Positions 1 to 11,920 are shown, counted from the first letter of the whole stretch. The stretch is 56,282 bases of DNA, filler included, from Asterionella formosa (GCA_002256025.1; 5 parts of 5 records of this genome joined end to end with filler, not necessarily neighbours in it), one strand, 5' to 3'. Made by a program: numbers and translations. Notes: generated by a model from the sequence alone, not told the origin.

Positions 1-743
1 TGCCTGAGAATATTCCTGAAGTCAATGCATGGCAACCTGGTGACCTTGACAAAATGTTTGAACGGATCGTGGCTACCATTCCAAATGTAAATATCCATTC
101 TCGACCAAGCCCTGTCGAATCCGAAGATGGCCCTTGGGTCTTGACCATTGATAAATTCTTAAGTGATGCCGAATGTGAGCGGCTCATTGAGTTGGGTCAT
201 TCTCAGGGTTATAAACGATCTGCTGATGTTGGCAAGATGAATTTTGATGGAACATTTGAAAGTAGTGTCAACGACGGCCGTACGTCTACAAATGCGTGGT
301 GTGTGGATGACTGTGTCAACGATCAGCAAACTCAGATTGTCCTTGAAAAGATTGAAAACTTGACTGGCATATCCGACATGTATTCTGAGAACTTACAACT
401 GCTCCGATACGAACCTGGTCAGTATTACAATACTCATCATGACTACATTCCCCAGGATATCGAACGTCCTCAAGGCGTTCGGATCTTGACCGTATTTTTG
501 TACCTGAATGAACCTGAAGCAGGAGGTGGGACGAACTTTCCTGATCTGTTTGGAGGTATTACTGTTAATCCCAAAAAGGGTACTGTCTTACTTTGGCCTT
601 CTGTTCTGAATACGGATCCAAATGAAAAGGACGGACGAACAATGCATCAGGCGTTGCCAGTCGAGAAGGGTCTTAAGTTTGGAGCCAATGCGTGGGTGCA
701 TATGCGAGACTTTAAGACCCCACACTTGATTAATTGCACGTAG
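1..743 (+). CDS. Prolyl 4-hydroxylase alpha-like 2OG-Fe(II) dioxygenase, copy 1 (5' end truncated by contig start)
   Basis: Frame open from base 1 (..PENIPEV..). Contains GRTSTNAW, LLRYEPGQYYNTHHD (HxD), RILTVFLYLN, GGGTNFP, TMHQALPV and KFGANAW motifs of the P4H family. Near-identical to the gene at 3914-5471. Confidence 0.9.
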   Translation, partial: PENIPEVNAWQPGDLDKMFERIVATIPNVNIHSRPSPVESEDGPWVLTIDKFLSDAECERLIELGHSQGYKRSADVGKMNFDGTFESSVNDGRTSTNAWCVDDCVNDQQTQIVLEKIENLTGISDMYSENLQLLRYEPGQYYNTHHDYIPQDIERPQGVRILTVFLYLNEPEAGGGTNFPDLFGGITVNPKKGTVLLWPSVLNTDPNEKDGRTMHQALPVEKGLKFGANAWVHMRDFKTPHLINCT

Positions 744-1090
744 TGTTATAAATGGTTCAATAAATCCGGAACATGACAAGTCATCAAGCTGCAAAGAAAT
801 GTCAGTGAATGTGTTAAGTTTTAGGCTCATAGGCCATGTCAATGGAAGTGTCAGTATAGTAAATAACGCATCATCGCATTTGTGTGCCACCAACTTATCA
901 TCATGCACAAACGAATTTGAGTATGGAAGAATGTGCTTCATGACAATGATTTTAAGCATGGGTCTCACAATCTTGCTATCCATCATCTTAGCAGAAAAAA
1001 GGCAAAAGGAAGTTTCTTTACATGGAGAGAGAATGGTAAATGTAGTGTAATTATGTAGGCACTAATTGAACCATAGACAATATGGTGACA

Positions 1091-1270
1091 GCATGAGCCA
1101 CAATCTAAACTAATAGAAATGCTTTTTTTATTTGGCTATGGTTGAAGTCTAATCAACCACGTACCTGATATTTGGTCGATAGTAAGGAGGTAATTCCTGA
1201 CCAATACCAACATAGTTTTGGTCTTGGTTGGTGCAGTGGCTAAAATATTTTTGCTTTTTTGACCAATGCG
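1091..1270 (+). repeat. Dispersed hairpin-rich repeat family A, copy 1 (MITE/Helitron-like non-autonomous element)
   Basis: Aligns by eye to the reverse complement of 48126-48306, e.g. AATCTAAAC.AATAGAAATGCT, TATTTGGTCGA, GTGGCTAAAATATTTTTGCTTTTT. Confidence 0.75.
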
Positions 1271-1879
1271 ATGGATCATTATGTGTAATGGCTCCCAACT
1301 GGAATTTGTCACGGTCTTGGGCAGTCCTGGTCTATGTGGTGGAGATGCTCTAACTTAAAGCAACTTTTCTTTATTTCTCATTTGCCGCTATTCATTAAAT
1401 TTTAAATCATATTTTGGCTGCTGCAATCATTATGATTAATGATTATTTATGTTTTATGTTACAATCACCAGTTTCGTGTGTTTAAGTTGTGGCCCTGCAG
1501 TTGCACATCGCGAGTTTTTTTTTCAAAAACATAAATTTATGATGTACCTCAATCCACACATTAAATGCAAGTGAATAAAAAAGTTAAAGGAAAAATTAGC
1601 TTTCACCAGTCTGACCACTTTGTATATGATGCTTAGATAAAGTCATTGCTCGACTTTCTATATATTAAGATATGATAACCAATGACCTCACCATTTCTGG
1701 AGAGAAACTGCAGTTATCCCTTGTATAACCAAGGACTCCGCTTGCCTTGTCGGCTCAGCGCTCACCTTCTCTCTTGGGAGAAGAGGGGGGATATTGAACA
1801 CTCCTAGTATCTTACTTCATCACACTAGCACAACTGAGTGGAATGACAGCAGATAATGGAGATTTGACCTATGACTGTA

Positions 1880-2070
1880 GAACCTCAGCAGTCAGGGGAG
1901 ATATAATGCACCAGCACAGAAACACAACAGATATTTCAAAGCCTAAGATGGAAAAGGCTGCCCTATGATTCTTAAAATGGCAACCCAATCACACAGTATT
2001 TTACCCCAGACAATGCCATATCAATGCCAAATGCCAGAGGAACAAGCCATTGGCTGGAAATGGGAACCAT
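1880..2070 (+). mobile_element. Possible decayed non-LTR retrotransposon fragment
   Basis: A short frame reads MPEEQAIGWK, resembling the Q-x-x-IGW motif of the LINE fragment at 20.9-21.1 kb. Otherwise interrupted by stops. Confidence 0.2.
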
Positions 2071-3913
2071 GCACAGCACTCTACGCTGTAACATGAGTTG
2101 ATGAGCAATTCATTAGAGTTGGTTTGAGATTAATGATTGATGAAGACTATTGCTGCAGCAGATCTGTGCTAATTTGAGACACATGGGCCGGGAATAATCA
2201 CCTGTTGACCATAATTGTGTCCCAAGAATTGAATGAAGGGGAGTAGCAGCAGAGGAATATGTCAGCATACCTGTAATAAATTCATTCAATGGCGGATATC
2301 AACAGTACCAAGCAGGTGGTAGTATGTTGGAAGATGGATACATGTGTAATGTCCAATACACATGATTTATGACAGACAGCATACTGCTACCAGCAGTACT
2401 ATGCTGACCCAATAAGGAATGCAATAAATTTATAGAGCACACATTAGTAGAAGTAAACAATTGGTAACTGTATTTCTCTGTGTCCGGCAGCATGTGCTTT
2501 TGTCGTGAGTTGTTTAGCGCTTGTTTATATTTGCTTACCAATCATGAACCAAGATTATGTACTGCTCCCGGCATACCTGGTGTACTCTAGTATTCTGGTA
2601 CTGATTTCATATATGCCTTTGGGCGTGGAGCGATATCAAAACCACAAACAGCAACGTAGATTCAATATAAACGTATAAACACAAACCATGAGCATACATG
2701 TTGGCATATTCCTGATGTATATTTGTGTTTTGGCATGGCGCAAAATCATGTCTGCACTCAGCAACGTAGTAGATATATAGTATAAACGTTTAAATATCAT
2801 TTTTGTATGTTTAAACAGGAACTCTATTAATCTGGCGCCGAGGATTCCTATTTAATTCAAATATTGAAATGGACACTCAAACATGGGAATTCATAGAAGC
2901 AAACTCCTTGTTCCCTGCACCGTCTGCAACAACCCTAGTGACGTTTTCTCCAAACAAGGGCTAAGACAGGGCCGCAACCTTAAACTTCCTTTTTGTCACA
3001 GAGGACCCAAAATGTGTATTTCCATGTACATAACTGCTATTCTGGCTGTCATGCTAAACTCTGAAATTTCATGGTCAAACGCAAATTCGATGTGCCCCAT
3101 ATTACCCTTAAATTAAAATGCTTCAAAATTTAAAAATAAATTCTAATGTGTGATATTGCATAAACCGTTGTCCTCAAAACCCCAATATTTGTGTTTGTGT
3201 TGACCAAATTTGATAGCTCTGGTTCAGTGTAATATAAAAAAATATGTTTATTCAGATACGACTACATTTAATTTCCCAGAATGTTTCAAGACTTGCTTGC
3301 TCATTTGCATACCAAAACGGGAGCCAAGAGAATTTCAAAGGAGATCAAAAGAGCAAGATTTGATTAAAGGTAATGATAAATGGGTTCTTTCCAGCTCGAG
3401 AGGCTGATATCAGTCTCCCTTTGCGGCCCGATAAGAAAGCAAAACATACCATTGAAAACTACCAAGTAGCACTACTATCCAACATACATAATCATCAATG
3501 TATAATATTGTACATAAGTGGGTGCAGGTCCATAACCAGACCACAATACCAATTTTACTTAATCCATTTCTTCTTGATTCTCATATGGTTATATTGCATA
3601 ATCACTTAGTAGTACTACCATAATAGCAGTGATATCTGTCATGTTTTAAATTCTGTGACAGAGCAAAATAATTTGCCAACAAAAAAAACAATGATGCATC
3701 ATACCTCCAGAAACCTTCAGTTCTGTAGATTTAGATTAACTTTTCAGAAATGAAATATCCGTTGAATTGATCTACCGGACTAAAATAATTTGAGTCGTAA
3801 CATATGTAAGGGTTCGGATTACGATATAAAGCTTTTGCAGTACCGGCACTACCTTGACAAAGGGTGAGGAGAGTTTATGATTCTCGTCCCAAGCAAGTTA
3901 CAAGTCAACGACA

Positions 3914-5471
3914 ATGAAGATACGAAGAAGCATTCCATTATTGCTGTCGCTGCTGCTGCTGCTAACGACTGCGGCGCTACTGACTAGCAGCTCTGTCCTT
4001 GCCAGTGCTGAGGATATGACTACTACTGAATTCGAAGTTGGTCTCGACGGGGAAATGCATCTCGCTGTGAGCGCCGACAATGACAACGACGACGACGACG
4101 AGCAATTGTATCCAGCAAGAACTCGGACTGAAGTGGACAGTTCAGAGGACGAGTACCCAGACTGTCAAGATCTTAGCGACGAATGTACTCTCTTTGTGGA
4201 CGCGGGACATTGCGATGCGATCGAGGGAACTCCAGAATGGATGTATGTCAATTGCGCTCGTAGCTGCGAACTTTGCGGCAAGGGGGAGATTGCGGACTTA
4301 CTGGCGCATGCCATGAAACTACGAAATGATGACCTGGCTATTTCAAGATGGGGAGAGGAGCAGAGCATAGAAGAATCACGAATAGGCGAGTACAATGTCT
4401 TACTGAAAGAGATCGAACGATACATGCTGGAGGAAGTTAATGTAGAGGACAAGTACAAGAAAATCAAGAAGCAATGCCAGAATCGGCATCCCGATTGCAC
4501 ATTTTGGGCTCTTGAAGGCGAGGTAAGCTTAGATCAGCTCATGAATCTATGGACTGGTTGCTTTTTCAATGTATTTTCATGCATCACTCTTCTCAATTTT
4601 GGATTTTTGTCACTTCATGTCACTGAATTGCCCCACCTAGTGCGAAGCCAACCCTGACTATATGCTCCTTAAATGTGCTCCCAGCTGCAAGACGTGTCAC
4701 ATGATAGACTTTAACTTTCGGTGTCCCATGCCCGAGAATATTCCAGAGATCGATGCTTGGAAACCAGGTGACCTTGACAAAATGTTTGAACGCATCGTGG
4801 CTACCATCCCATATGTCAATATCCACTCTCGACCAAGCCCTGTCGAATCCGAAGATGGCCCTTGGGTCATAACCATTGATCAATTTTTAAGTGATGAAGA
4901 ATGTGAGCGACTCATTGAATTGGGCTATGCACAAGGCTATGAACGGTCTGCCGATGTTGGCAAGATGAATTTTGATGGAACTTTTGAAGACAGTGTCAAT
5001 GACGGCCGCACGTCGACCAACGCCTGGTGCGAGGATGATTGCTTCACAGACCCAAAGACTCAGAGGGTCCTTCAAAAGATTGAAAATCTGACTGGAATTC
5101 CAGACAAGTGCTCGGAACACTTGCAACTTCTGCGATATGAACCTGGCCAGTTTTACAATACTCATCATGATTATATCCCCCAGGATACCGAACGTCCTCA
5201 AGGCGTTCGTATCTTGACCGTGTTTTTGTACCTGAATGAACCTGAAGCAGGAGGTGGGACGAACTTTCCTGATTTATTTGGAGGCCTTACGGTCTATCCC
5301 AAAAAGGGAACTGTCTTGCTTTGGCCATCTGTTTTGAATGATGATCCCAATGCCTGGGACGAACGAACCATGCATCAAGCATTGCCTGTCGAAAAAGGTC
5401 TCAAGTATGGAGCCAATGCTTGGGTGCATCAGCGAGACTTTAAGGCTCCAAATGATATTGGTTGTTCGTAA
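3914..5471 (+). CDS. Secreted-pathway prolyl 4-hydroxylase with two ShKT domains, copy 2; exons 3914-4522 and 4641-5471
   Basis: N-terminal hydrophobic signal peptide. ShKT domains CQDLSDEC..C..WMYVNCARSCELC and CQNRHPDCTFWALEGE|CEANPDYMLLKCAPSCKTC, the latter joined across a GTAAGC...CTAG intron at 4523-4640. C-terminal P4H domain with HHD, H and K catalytic residues. Confidence 0.92.
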
Positions 5472-5869
5472 ACTCTTTTAGTTAATGTTAAAAAGTAATA
5501 TGAGTACCTTGTCTGCTGGCAGGATACTTTATTCGTTATTTCTTGTTGTTTTCAAGAGAGGCAGGACCACCTGATAGCTACGCTTCACGACTCGATCAAT
5601 TTTGGTAACGGTGGCTTGATTAGGGTTAGGGATAGTGTAGGAATTTTGCACGGGATGGGATATTCGTCTGCTATTCTATAAGTACCGGGTGGACACGTGG
5701 AAACTGATGAGAGTGATGACGGAGACGCACAGAAGTGCCTTTGCCAAAATATAGGTTACCTGCTTACTAAAGTCACGTAACTCTCCACAGAAAACATACC
5801 AGTCTAGCTTTGTTCCGGTTGCCTCGGTCCAACAAGGACGTCTATTCGGCATCAAAGTAACTTGACAAG

Positions 5870-6543
5870 ATGGTCGTCTCTAGTGAGTTTCAGTCGGCGC
5901 ATTGGATCGCATCTGCATCGCATTAGCAATCGTAGTCCGCAGCTGATTGAAAGTGCTGCGATGCAGTCTTGATAATGGAGCAACCATCCATCATGGCGCT
6001 GGTTCAGCAGCCACTAATGGCCGACTCAGCGTAGACATTTTGTAGTCTCTGACAATCTTCCGCAACTCTCGGAACTGACCGCTTCTCCTTTTGTCCTCCA
6101 CAGCCGAACTCTGCGCTCTCAGCGAGTACCGCATCTACCCTGGAAATGGGAAATTGATGATCCGTCGCGACGGAAAGCCCATTTTCTTGGGCTCGTCCAA
6201 GACGTTTTCCCTTACCATGCAGCGCAAGAAGGCTGCCAAGCTCGTGTGGACTCAGGCATGGCGTCGTTTGCATAAGAAGGGAATTACCGAAACATCCATG
6301 AAGAAGCGTGTTCGCAGAACCAACAAGGTGCAACGTGCGGTTGTGGGTGCGTCTTTGGAGGAAATTAAGAAGCGGGCGTCACAAAAGTCGGACTTTAGAG
6401 CGGCCCAGCGAGATGCTGCCTTGAAGGAAGTCAAGTCTCGTAAGACTGTCAACAAGGCCAAGAGTGCCAAGAAGGTTGCGGGTCCAGCTGTTTTCGCCAA
6501 GACTCCTAAGCACATGGGTGGAAAGGGAAATGCCAAGCGTTAG
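5870..6543 (+). CDS. RPL24: 60S ribosomal protein L24 (eL24); exons 5870-5882 and 6104-6543
   Basis: Splicing out GTGAGT...CCACAG (5883-6103) gives MVVSTELCALSEYRIYPGNG. The protein contains WTQAWRRLHKKG and QRAVVGASLEEIKKR, typical of eL24. Confidence 0.95.
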
Positions 6544-6782
6544 TTGCGTTATAAAAAAATCACACACGGAGAACTGTCTGTTTTGGATTATTATTGAGTG
6601 ATGCCACTGTAGTCGGCCTTTAGGACCATGTTCGGAGGGTTAGAGATGTGCAGCTTGATTAATGGTAGTCAGCTGGGAGAGAAAAGTTGGTTGAATCTTG
6701 CAGCCAACTATCATTCTCTGCTACCGGTACTAGTTTGAAGCCTAGACTAGATTGTTCGTGCTTCTCTCGATCACCATTGCCT

Positions 6783-7672
6783 NNNNNNNNNNNNNNNNNN
6801 NNNNNNNNNNNNNNNNNNNNNNNNNNNNNNNNNNNNNNNNNNNNNNNNNNNNNNNNNNNNNNNNNNNNNNNNNNNNNNNNNNNNNNNNNNNNNNNNNNNN
6901 NNNNNNNNNNNNNNNNNNNNNNNNNNNNNNNNNNNNNNNNNNNNNNNNNNNNNNNNNNNNNNNNNNNNNNNNNNNNNNNNNNNNNNNNNNNNNNNNNNNN
7001 NNNNNNNNNNNNNNNNNNNNNNNNNNNNNNNNNNNNNNNNNNNNNNNNNNNNNNNNNNNNNNNNNNNNNNNNNNNNNNNNNNNNNNNNNNNNNNNNNNNN
7101 NNNNNNNNNNNNNNNNNNNNNNNNNNNNNNNNNNNNNNNNNNNNNNNNNNNNNNNNNNNNNNNNNNNNNNNNNNNNNNNNNNNNNNNNNNNNNNNNNNNN
7201 NNNNNNNNNNNNNNNNNNNNNNNNNNNNNNNNNNNNNNNNNNNNNNNNNNNNNNNNNNNNNNNNNNNNNNNNNNNNNNNNNNNNNNNNNNNNNNNNNNNN
7301 NNNNNNNNNNNNNNNNNNNNNNNNNNNNNNNNNNNNNNNNNNNNNNNNNNNNNNNNNNNNNNNNNNNNNNNNNNNNNNNNNNNNNNNNNNNNNNNNNNNN
7401 NNNNNNNNNNNNNNNNNNNNNNNNNNNNNNNNNNNNNNNNNNNNNNNNNNNNNNNNNNNNNNNNNNNNNNNNNNNNNNNNNNNNNNNNNNNNNNNNNNNN
7501 NNNNNNNNNNNNNNNNNNNNNNNNNNNNNNNNNNNNNNNNNNNNNNNNNNNNNNNNNNNNNNNNNNNNNNNNNNNNNNNNNNNNNNNNNNNNNNNNNNNN
7601 NNNNNNNNNNNNNNNNNNNNNNNNNNNNNNNNNNNNNNNNNNNNNNNNNNNNNNNNNNNNNNNNNNNNNNNN
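6783..7672. other. Scaffold gap (run of N)
   Basis: Continuous N run. The poly-X ORFs in the track are artefacts of it. Confidence 0.99.
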
Positions 7673-7674
7673 CT

Positions 7675-8672
7675 ATGACAAGACTATCCGCTGTCCTTTT
7701 GTGCGGCTTTGCCGCTTCATCGGGTAAGTGAAGGGTCACTGAAAGAATCCTATGAATGGCCAGGCAGAGAAAGGAATGCTCACAGCGGTAGTCCCTTCCT
7801 TCTCACTTCTTCTACAGGCGCATTTACATTTACTGAAACAAGAACATTCAGCCGTTCTGCAGCCCAGTCCACCAGGTGAGTCTATTGACAGCTGCGCATA
7901 CCGTAATATACCTGCCCTTGGAACCCATATCCCCCACTCAGCAATCATTTACGTTCCTAGACTCGCCGCGAGACTCGTGAACCCCTACAACATCGGGAAC
8001 AACCCGTACATGATGCCAGAAGAAGACGAGCCCAAGAAGACACCTCCCCCCACCAGAAACCCCCCTCCCCTCCCCACTGTCGCTGGCGAGTCGGGACAAC
8101 TCGACGTGCTCTCTCGCTTGCTCAAGGACCGTATCTTGCTTCTGGGGACGGATGTCAATGACGAAGTTGCCAACGTCTTGGTTGCTCAGCTGCTGTATTT
8201 GGCAAATGCAGATCCAGAGAAGGACATTACTCTATACATCAACTCACCTGGCGGGTCCGTCAGTGCTGGCCTGGCCATTTACGACACTATGCAGTTCATT
8301 CCATGTGATGTACAGACCGTCTGCTTTGGCATGGCGGCCAGTATGGGGGCCTTCCTTTTGGGCGCTGGGGCTCCCGGAAAACGCAAATCCTTGCCCAATG
8401 CCCGCATTATGATTCACCAACCACTTGGAGGAGCTCAGGGATCTGCAGCTGACATTGAAATACAGGCAAAAGAAATTCTTTTCGTCAAGGCAAGTTTGAA
8501 CAAGTACATGGCAGAATATTGCGATCAGCCCATTGAGAAGATTGCGGAAGATACAGACAGAGACTTTTTCATGACTCCCTATGAAGCGCTAGATTATGGA
8601 CTGATTGATGAAGTTATCAAGACCAAGACGTCGCACATTCCAATGCCCAAGATGCCAAGCTTGTATGCTTAG
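7675..8672 (+). CDS. clpP: Plastid-targeted ATP-dependent Clp protease proteolytic subunit; exons 7675-7723, 7818-7875, 7961-8672
   Basis: Two GT-AG introns (7724-7817, 7876-7960) join in frame to give [25 protein letters not shown]..., i.e. signal peptide, Phe at +1, and a transit peptide. ClpP core [15 protein letters not shown] (Ser), IMIHQP (His), DRD (Asp). Confidence 0.93.
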
Positions 8673-9122
8673 GAGAGTATAGCACCATTTATACATAGAA
8701 TGAGTTTCAATCCAAACTGTAATAGATTATTGAATACTGAATACTGTAGTAACTGCAGTATTTGTAACATCATGATCAGGATGATTTTTCCAAGTGTAGA
8801 TCATTGATGGTGTAAATGTCAGAGTACAGGATAACCATACATTTCATTGTGGAGACAAGCACGAAGCAGCCTTCATACAATGAAAATAAGAGTGCCTAGT
8901 ATTTTCTGTTCTGTATTCTTGCTACTTTATTCGGTCATCGTACTTGTCATGTGAGCTTGACCCTCATTTCTCTCAATGCAGATCAATAAGTGATATGATC
9001 TGGTTGCCCAATAAAATATGACTAGATGAACAAAATGTATAATTCTCAGATAATCAAGTGATAATAAGCCCCCATCAAACAGATTAAATTTATTTTTAAA
9101 CAATCCCCAAATCAGCAAATTA

Positions 9123-10856
9123 TTAAGAATTCGATGGCATCAGGGACGGAGAAGGTGACGGTCTTGGAGACTCCGTTGGGAAAGGCATTGGAGTTGGAGA
9201 AGATGTGGTGGGTCGAGAGGAAGGTACCATTGTTGGATATGGGGTTGGTGACATGGTTGGCGAATCAGTGGGATAAGGAGTCGGTGACACAGTTGGCGTT
9301 TGCGTAGGAAGTTCGGTTGGCGACACAGAGGGTGAACGAGACGGAGTTTGTGTGGTGGGACGTACGCTGGGTGCATTAGATGGGGCCAATGATGTTGTCG
9401 GTGATGCTGACGGTGATGTCGACGGCTTATTTTCATTGACTTGAATTGTACTGGAAATCAAATTAACATTTTTGATATTTCCAGCAGCTATTTGTTCATT
9501 TACGGTTGAGTTGAATAAATTGGTGAATGCAACCGTACCTGGAGTGCGGGGAGGAGCATTGACAGCGCAGTAGCAAATGTCGGTGCCAACAACATACCCA
9601 AGTTGACGGTGAGGCACCATAAAAGCAGGGACCTCAATTTCTTCCGACGCCCCAAGAAATCGCCTCAAAGCATCATCAAACAAGGCAGAGTCCTGTTCAC
9701 AACTCTTACAAACTCCAGTAATGGCAACCCTAAACCTAAATGGGTAATGACGTCGTTGAAGTTGACGTCCAGTCTTACCACCAGAGGAAGAGTACGATGG
9801 TTCGATGGCAAAGACGGCTATCTGTGCAGCACGAAATTTTGGATCGCATGTTTCGTAAGCGAGGCGATTATAGGATGTCACAAAGGTACTGCCCAATACT
9901 TCCAATTCCGACTGTGTGACAGCGTCAGGTGCCCCAATACTATCAATCAAAACTGTCGAGTTGAATTTGTTCAGCCCAGTTGCGCACTTGATCTCTTTCA
10001 CTTCAGTGACTGCTAAAACTCTAGAAATCCCTTCAAATAGAGTGGCTTGTAAGTTGGTGTTCAGCGTGGCAGTGAACGACTTTTCCGAAGGTGCCTTGTT
10101 GATCCCGAAAGCATTTTGGCAGTCGCATGATCGAGGTGACGTGAGTGTCACTGCTGGAGGATTGGTAATGGCAAAGAAAATGTCTGGTCTGTCCTGGGGA
10201 CGAATGATAGTTGTTCCGCCGATGTTGGTGCCGGAGTAAACGAGGTCGCCCCTTGTAAAGAACTCCAAGTGGCGACGGTAGTTTCCTTCAAAGTCATACT
10301 CGTACTTTTCTTCTTGCATGCGTCGACGCACGCCGTCATTAAAGAGTTGCGAGTCCTTCTTACAGGCTCTACAAACCCCAGTAACAAAAAAGCGATAAGA
10401 AAATCGCGTTAGAACGACGGGTGGGCTCCCGGTGGCCAACAAGTTCCGACGAGCGTCCCCAGCAAGCGGCTTTTGTTCAACAATGGAAACATTGTAAATA
10501 TCTCTGAACTTTTGATCACACAAGGGCGCAGATGCGCCAGCGTATGCTAATTTTATCTGCTTTTCCAAAGTCGTGATGCCTCTTGCCGTTACTTGATTTG
10601 GATTTCCGTCGAACTCGACAATAATGTCAGAAGTAAACGAGTTCGGTTTGAACGTGCATGTTTTTGGAGCTGATGTTGCCGACGTCGGGTTGTTCTTCTC
10701 AAAGGTGCCTCCCACTATTACCGAGGAACCCAGGCCCTGCGTCCACGTGAAACTCGATTGTTCCTGCAGGTACCTGTCCTCTTTGGTGGCTGACCCGCGA
10801 ATGGCGGAGGCGGCGCCTGCAGTGGAAAGCACAAGGGTGAAAACGGAAAGTTTCAT
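9123..10856 (-). CDS. Secreted cell-surface/mucin-like protein with a duplicated Cys domain, multiple RxL motifs and a PTS-rich tail
   Basis: Signal peptide MKLSVFTLVLSTAGAASA. Two copies of a domain with CDxKFR...GVCxxC...LFxD. C-terminal (PS/PT)xx repeats. Confidence 0.85.
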   Translation of the reverse strand: MKLSVFTLVLSTAGAASAIRGSATKEDRYLQEQSSFTWTQGLGSSVIVGGTFEKNNPTSATSAPKTCTFKPNSFTSDIIVEFDGNPNQVTARGITTLEKQIKLAYAGASAPLCDQKFRDIYNVSIVEQKPLAGDARRNLLATGSPPVVLTRFSYRFFVTGVCRACKKDSQLFNDGVRRRMQEEKYEYDFEGNYRRHLEFFTRGDLVYSGTNIGGTTIIRPQDRPDIFFAITNPPAVTLTSPRSCDCQNAFGINKAPSEKSFTATLNTNLQATLFEGISRVLAVTEVKEIKCATGLNKFNSTVLIDSIGAPDAVTQSELEVLGSTFVTSYNRLAYETCDPKFRAAQIAVFAIEPSYSSSGGKTGRQLQRRHYPFRFRVAITGVCKSCEQDSALFDDALRRFLGASEEIEVPAFMVPHRQLGYVVGTDICYCAVNAPPRTPGTVAFTNLFNSTVNEQIAAGNIKNVNLISSTIQVNENKPSTSPSASPTTSLAPSNAPSVRPTTQTPSRSPSVSPTELPTQTPTVSPTPYPTDSPTMSPTPYPTMVPSSRPTTSSPTPMPFPTESPRPSPSPSLMPSNS

Positions 10857-11185
10857 GATGATATGATTTTATTATTCGAGGTTCGGTTGGGATTTCCGAT
10901 CATGCCGTTCGTGTGATTGACCTTGATCGTTGTCGCAGTTATTGTAATTAGAAGGGGACGTGTTGGGTTGATCTTGCGTTTGCCACTGGAAAAAATATAT
11001 GCAACATCAGTGGTGACAAGAATAAATGAATTCAGGAAAATAAATTCAAGCGATCGTTTGTTGGGTCCTTAGATGTTGATTGACTCTCCGATTACAAATT
11101 CGGTATCGAACCATTTGTAACTCCGGCATTTCCCCTATGGGAAAAACGTCCTCTTGTTATCGGGCCAACTCGAAACAATTATGTA

Positions 11186-11285
11186 NNNNNNNNNNNNNNN
11201 NNNNNNNNNNNNNNNNNNNNNNNNNNNNNTTAATTAATTAANNNNNNNNNNNNNNNNNNNNNNNNNNNNNNNNNNNNNNNNNNNN
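11186..11285. other. Artificial contig linker N44-TTAATTAATTAA-N44
   Basis: 100-nt spacer with a core that stops all six frames. Repeated at 22471, 33743 and 45014. Confidence 0.97.
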
Positions 11286-11920
11286 TACCGGTATGTATGT
11301 ATGCCCACCATCGTCATCACGACAGCGGTGACGAAATACTACCGGTACTACGTACAGACAGGAACAATCGAAAATTCATCCTCAGCCATCATGTACCAGG
11401 TACCAGGTACCATGTACCACCGTACCGATAGTTATATTCTAGGTCGTATTAGATAGTTTCATGCGGCTAAACTAAACTAACGGGTACCTGGGGTAGACTC
11501 CTCCCGGTATGCCCAAAGCGAGATTAGCGAGTATGATAGCAGGTCAAAGGTACCAGGGTACCCTGATGACGGATAGAGCCCCCATCAAAGACGAGAGAAA
11601 TGCTTGGAGTACTATATACCTAGTAAACTAATGCCGGTAGTTCGACCATTCTCACTTCATCCAGCTTACTTATCAATGGGAGAAATAACTGAAGACGGTT
11701 AGTTTGCTGATATACCTTATTTTCCAGAAAATAGCTAGAAAAACTATAGACTATATACTGGCTATTATTGGTATAGGTAGTTGTCGACCATTTCGAAATG
11801 AATGCTGTGGATGACAAAAGCATGAGCCACAGCGTGAGAAAGAGCCCACCTTCAAGGTAAACTTGTATATGATTCCACCCCCTTACAACTAACTTATCAA
11901 CATTGGGTCTATACCTATTC

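Noticed and set aside
1776..1797. Polypurine tract GGGAGAAGAGGGGGGA as an LTR element PPT
   Set aside because: No paired LTRs or pol sequence identifiable nearby.
6687..7739. Long ORFs spanning the N run
   Set aside because: Artefacts of translating unknown bases.
7752..7960. N-terminus of the 306-aa ClpP ORF as given in the track
   Set aside because: It reads through two introns; the spliced model gives a proper plastid presequence.
11230..11241. TTAATTAATTAA recurring every ~11.3 kb
   Set aside because: Synthetic six-frame-stop linker inside N padding, not biological periodicity.
11563..11602. CTGATGA...GAAA, hammerhead-like core
   Set aside because: No convincing stem II or stems I/III can be formed.
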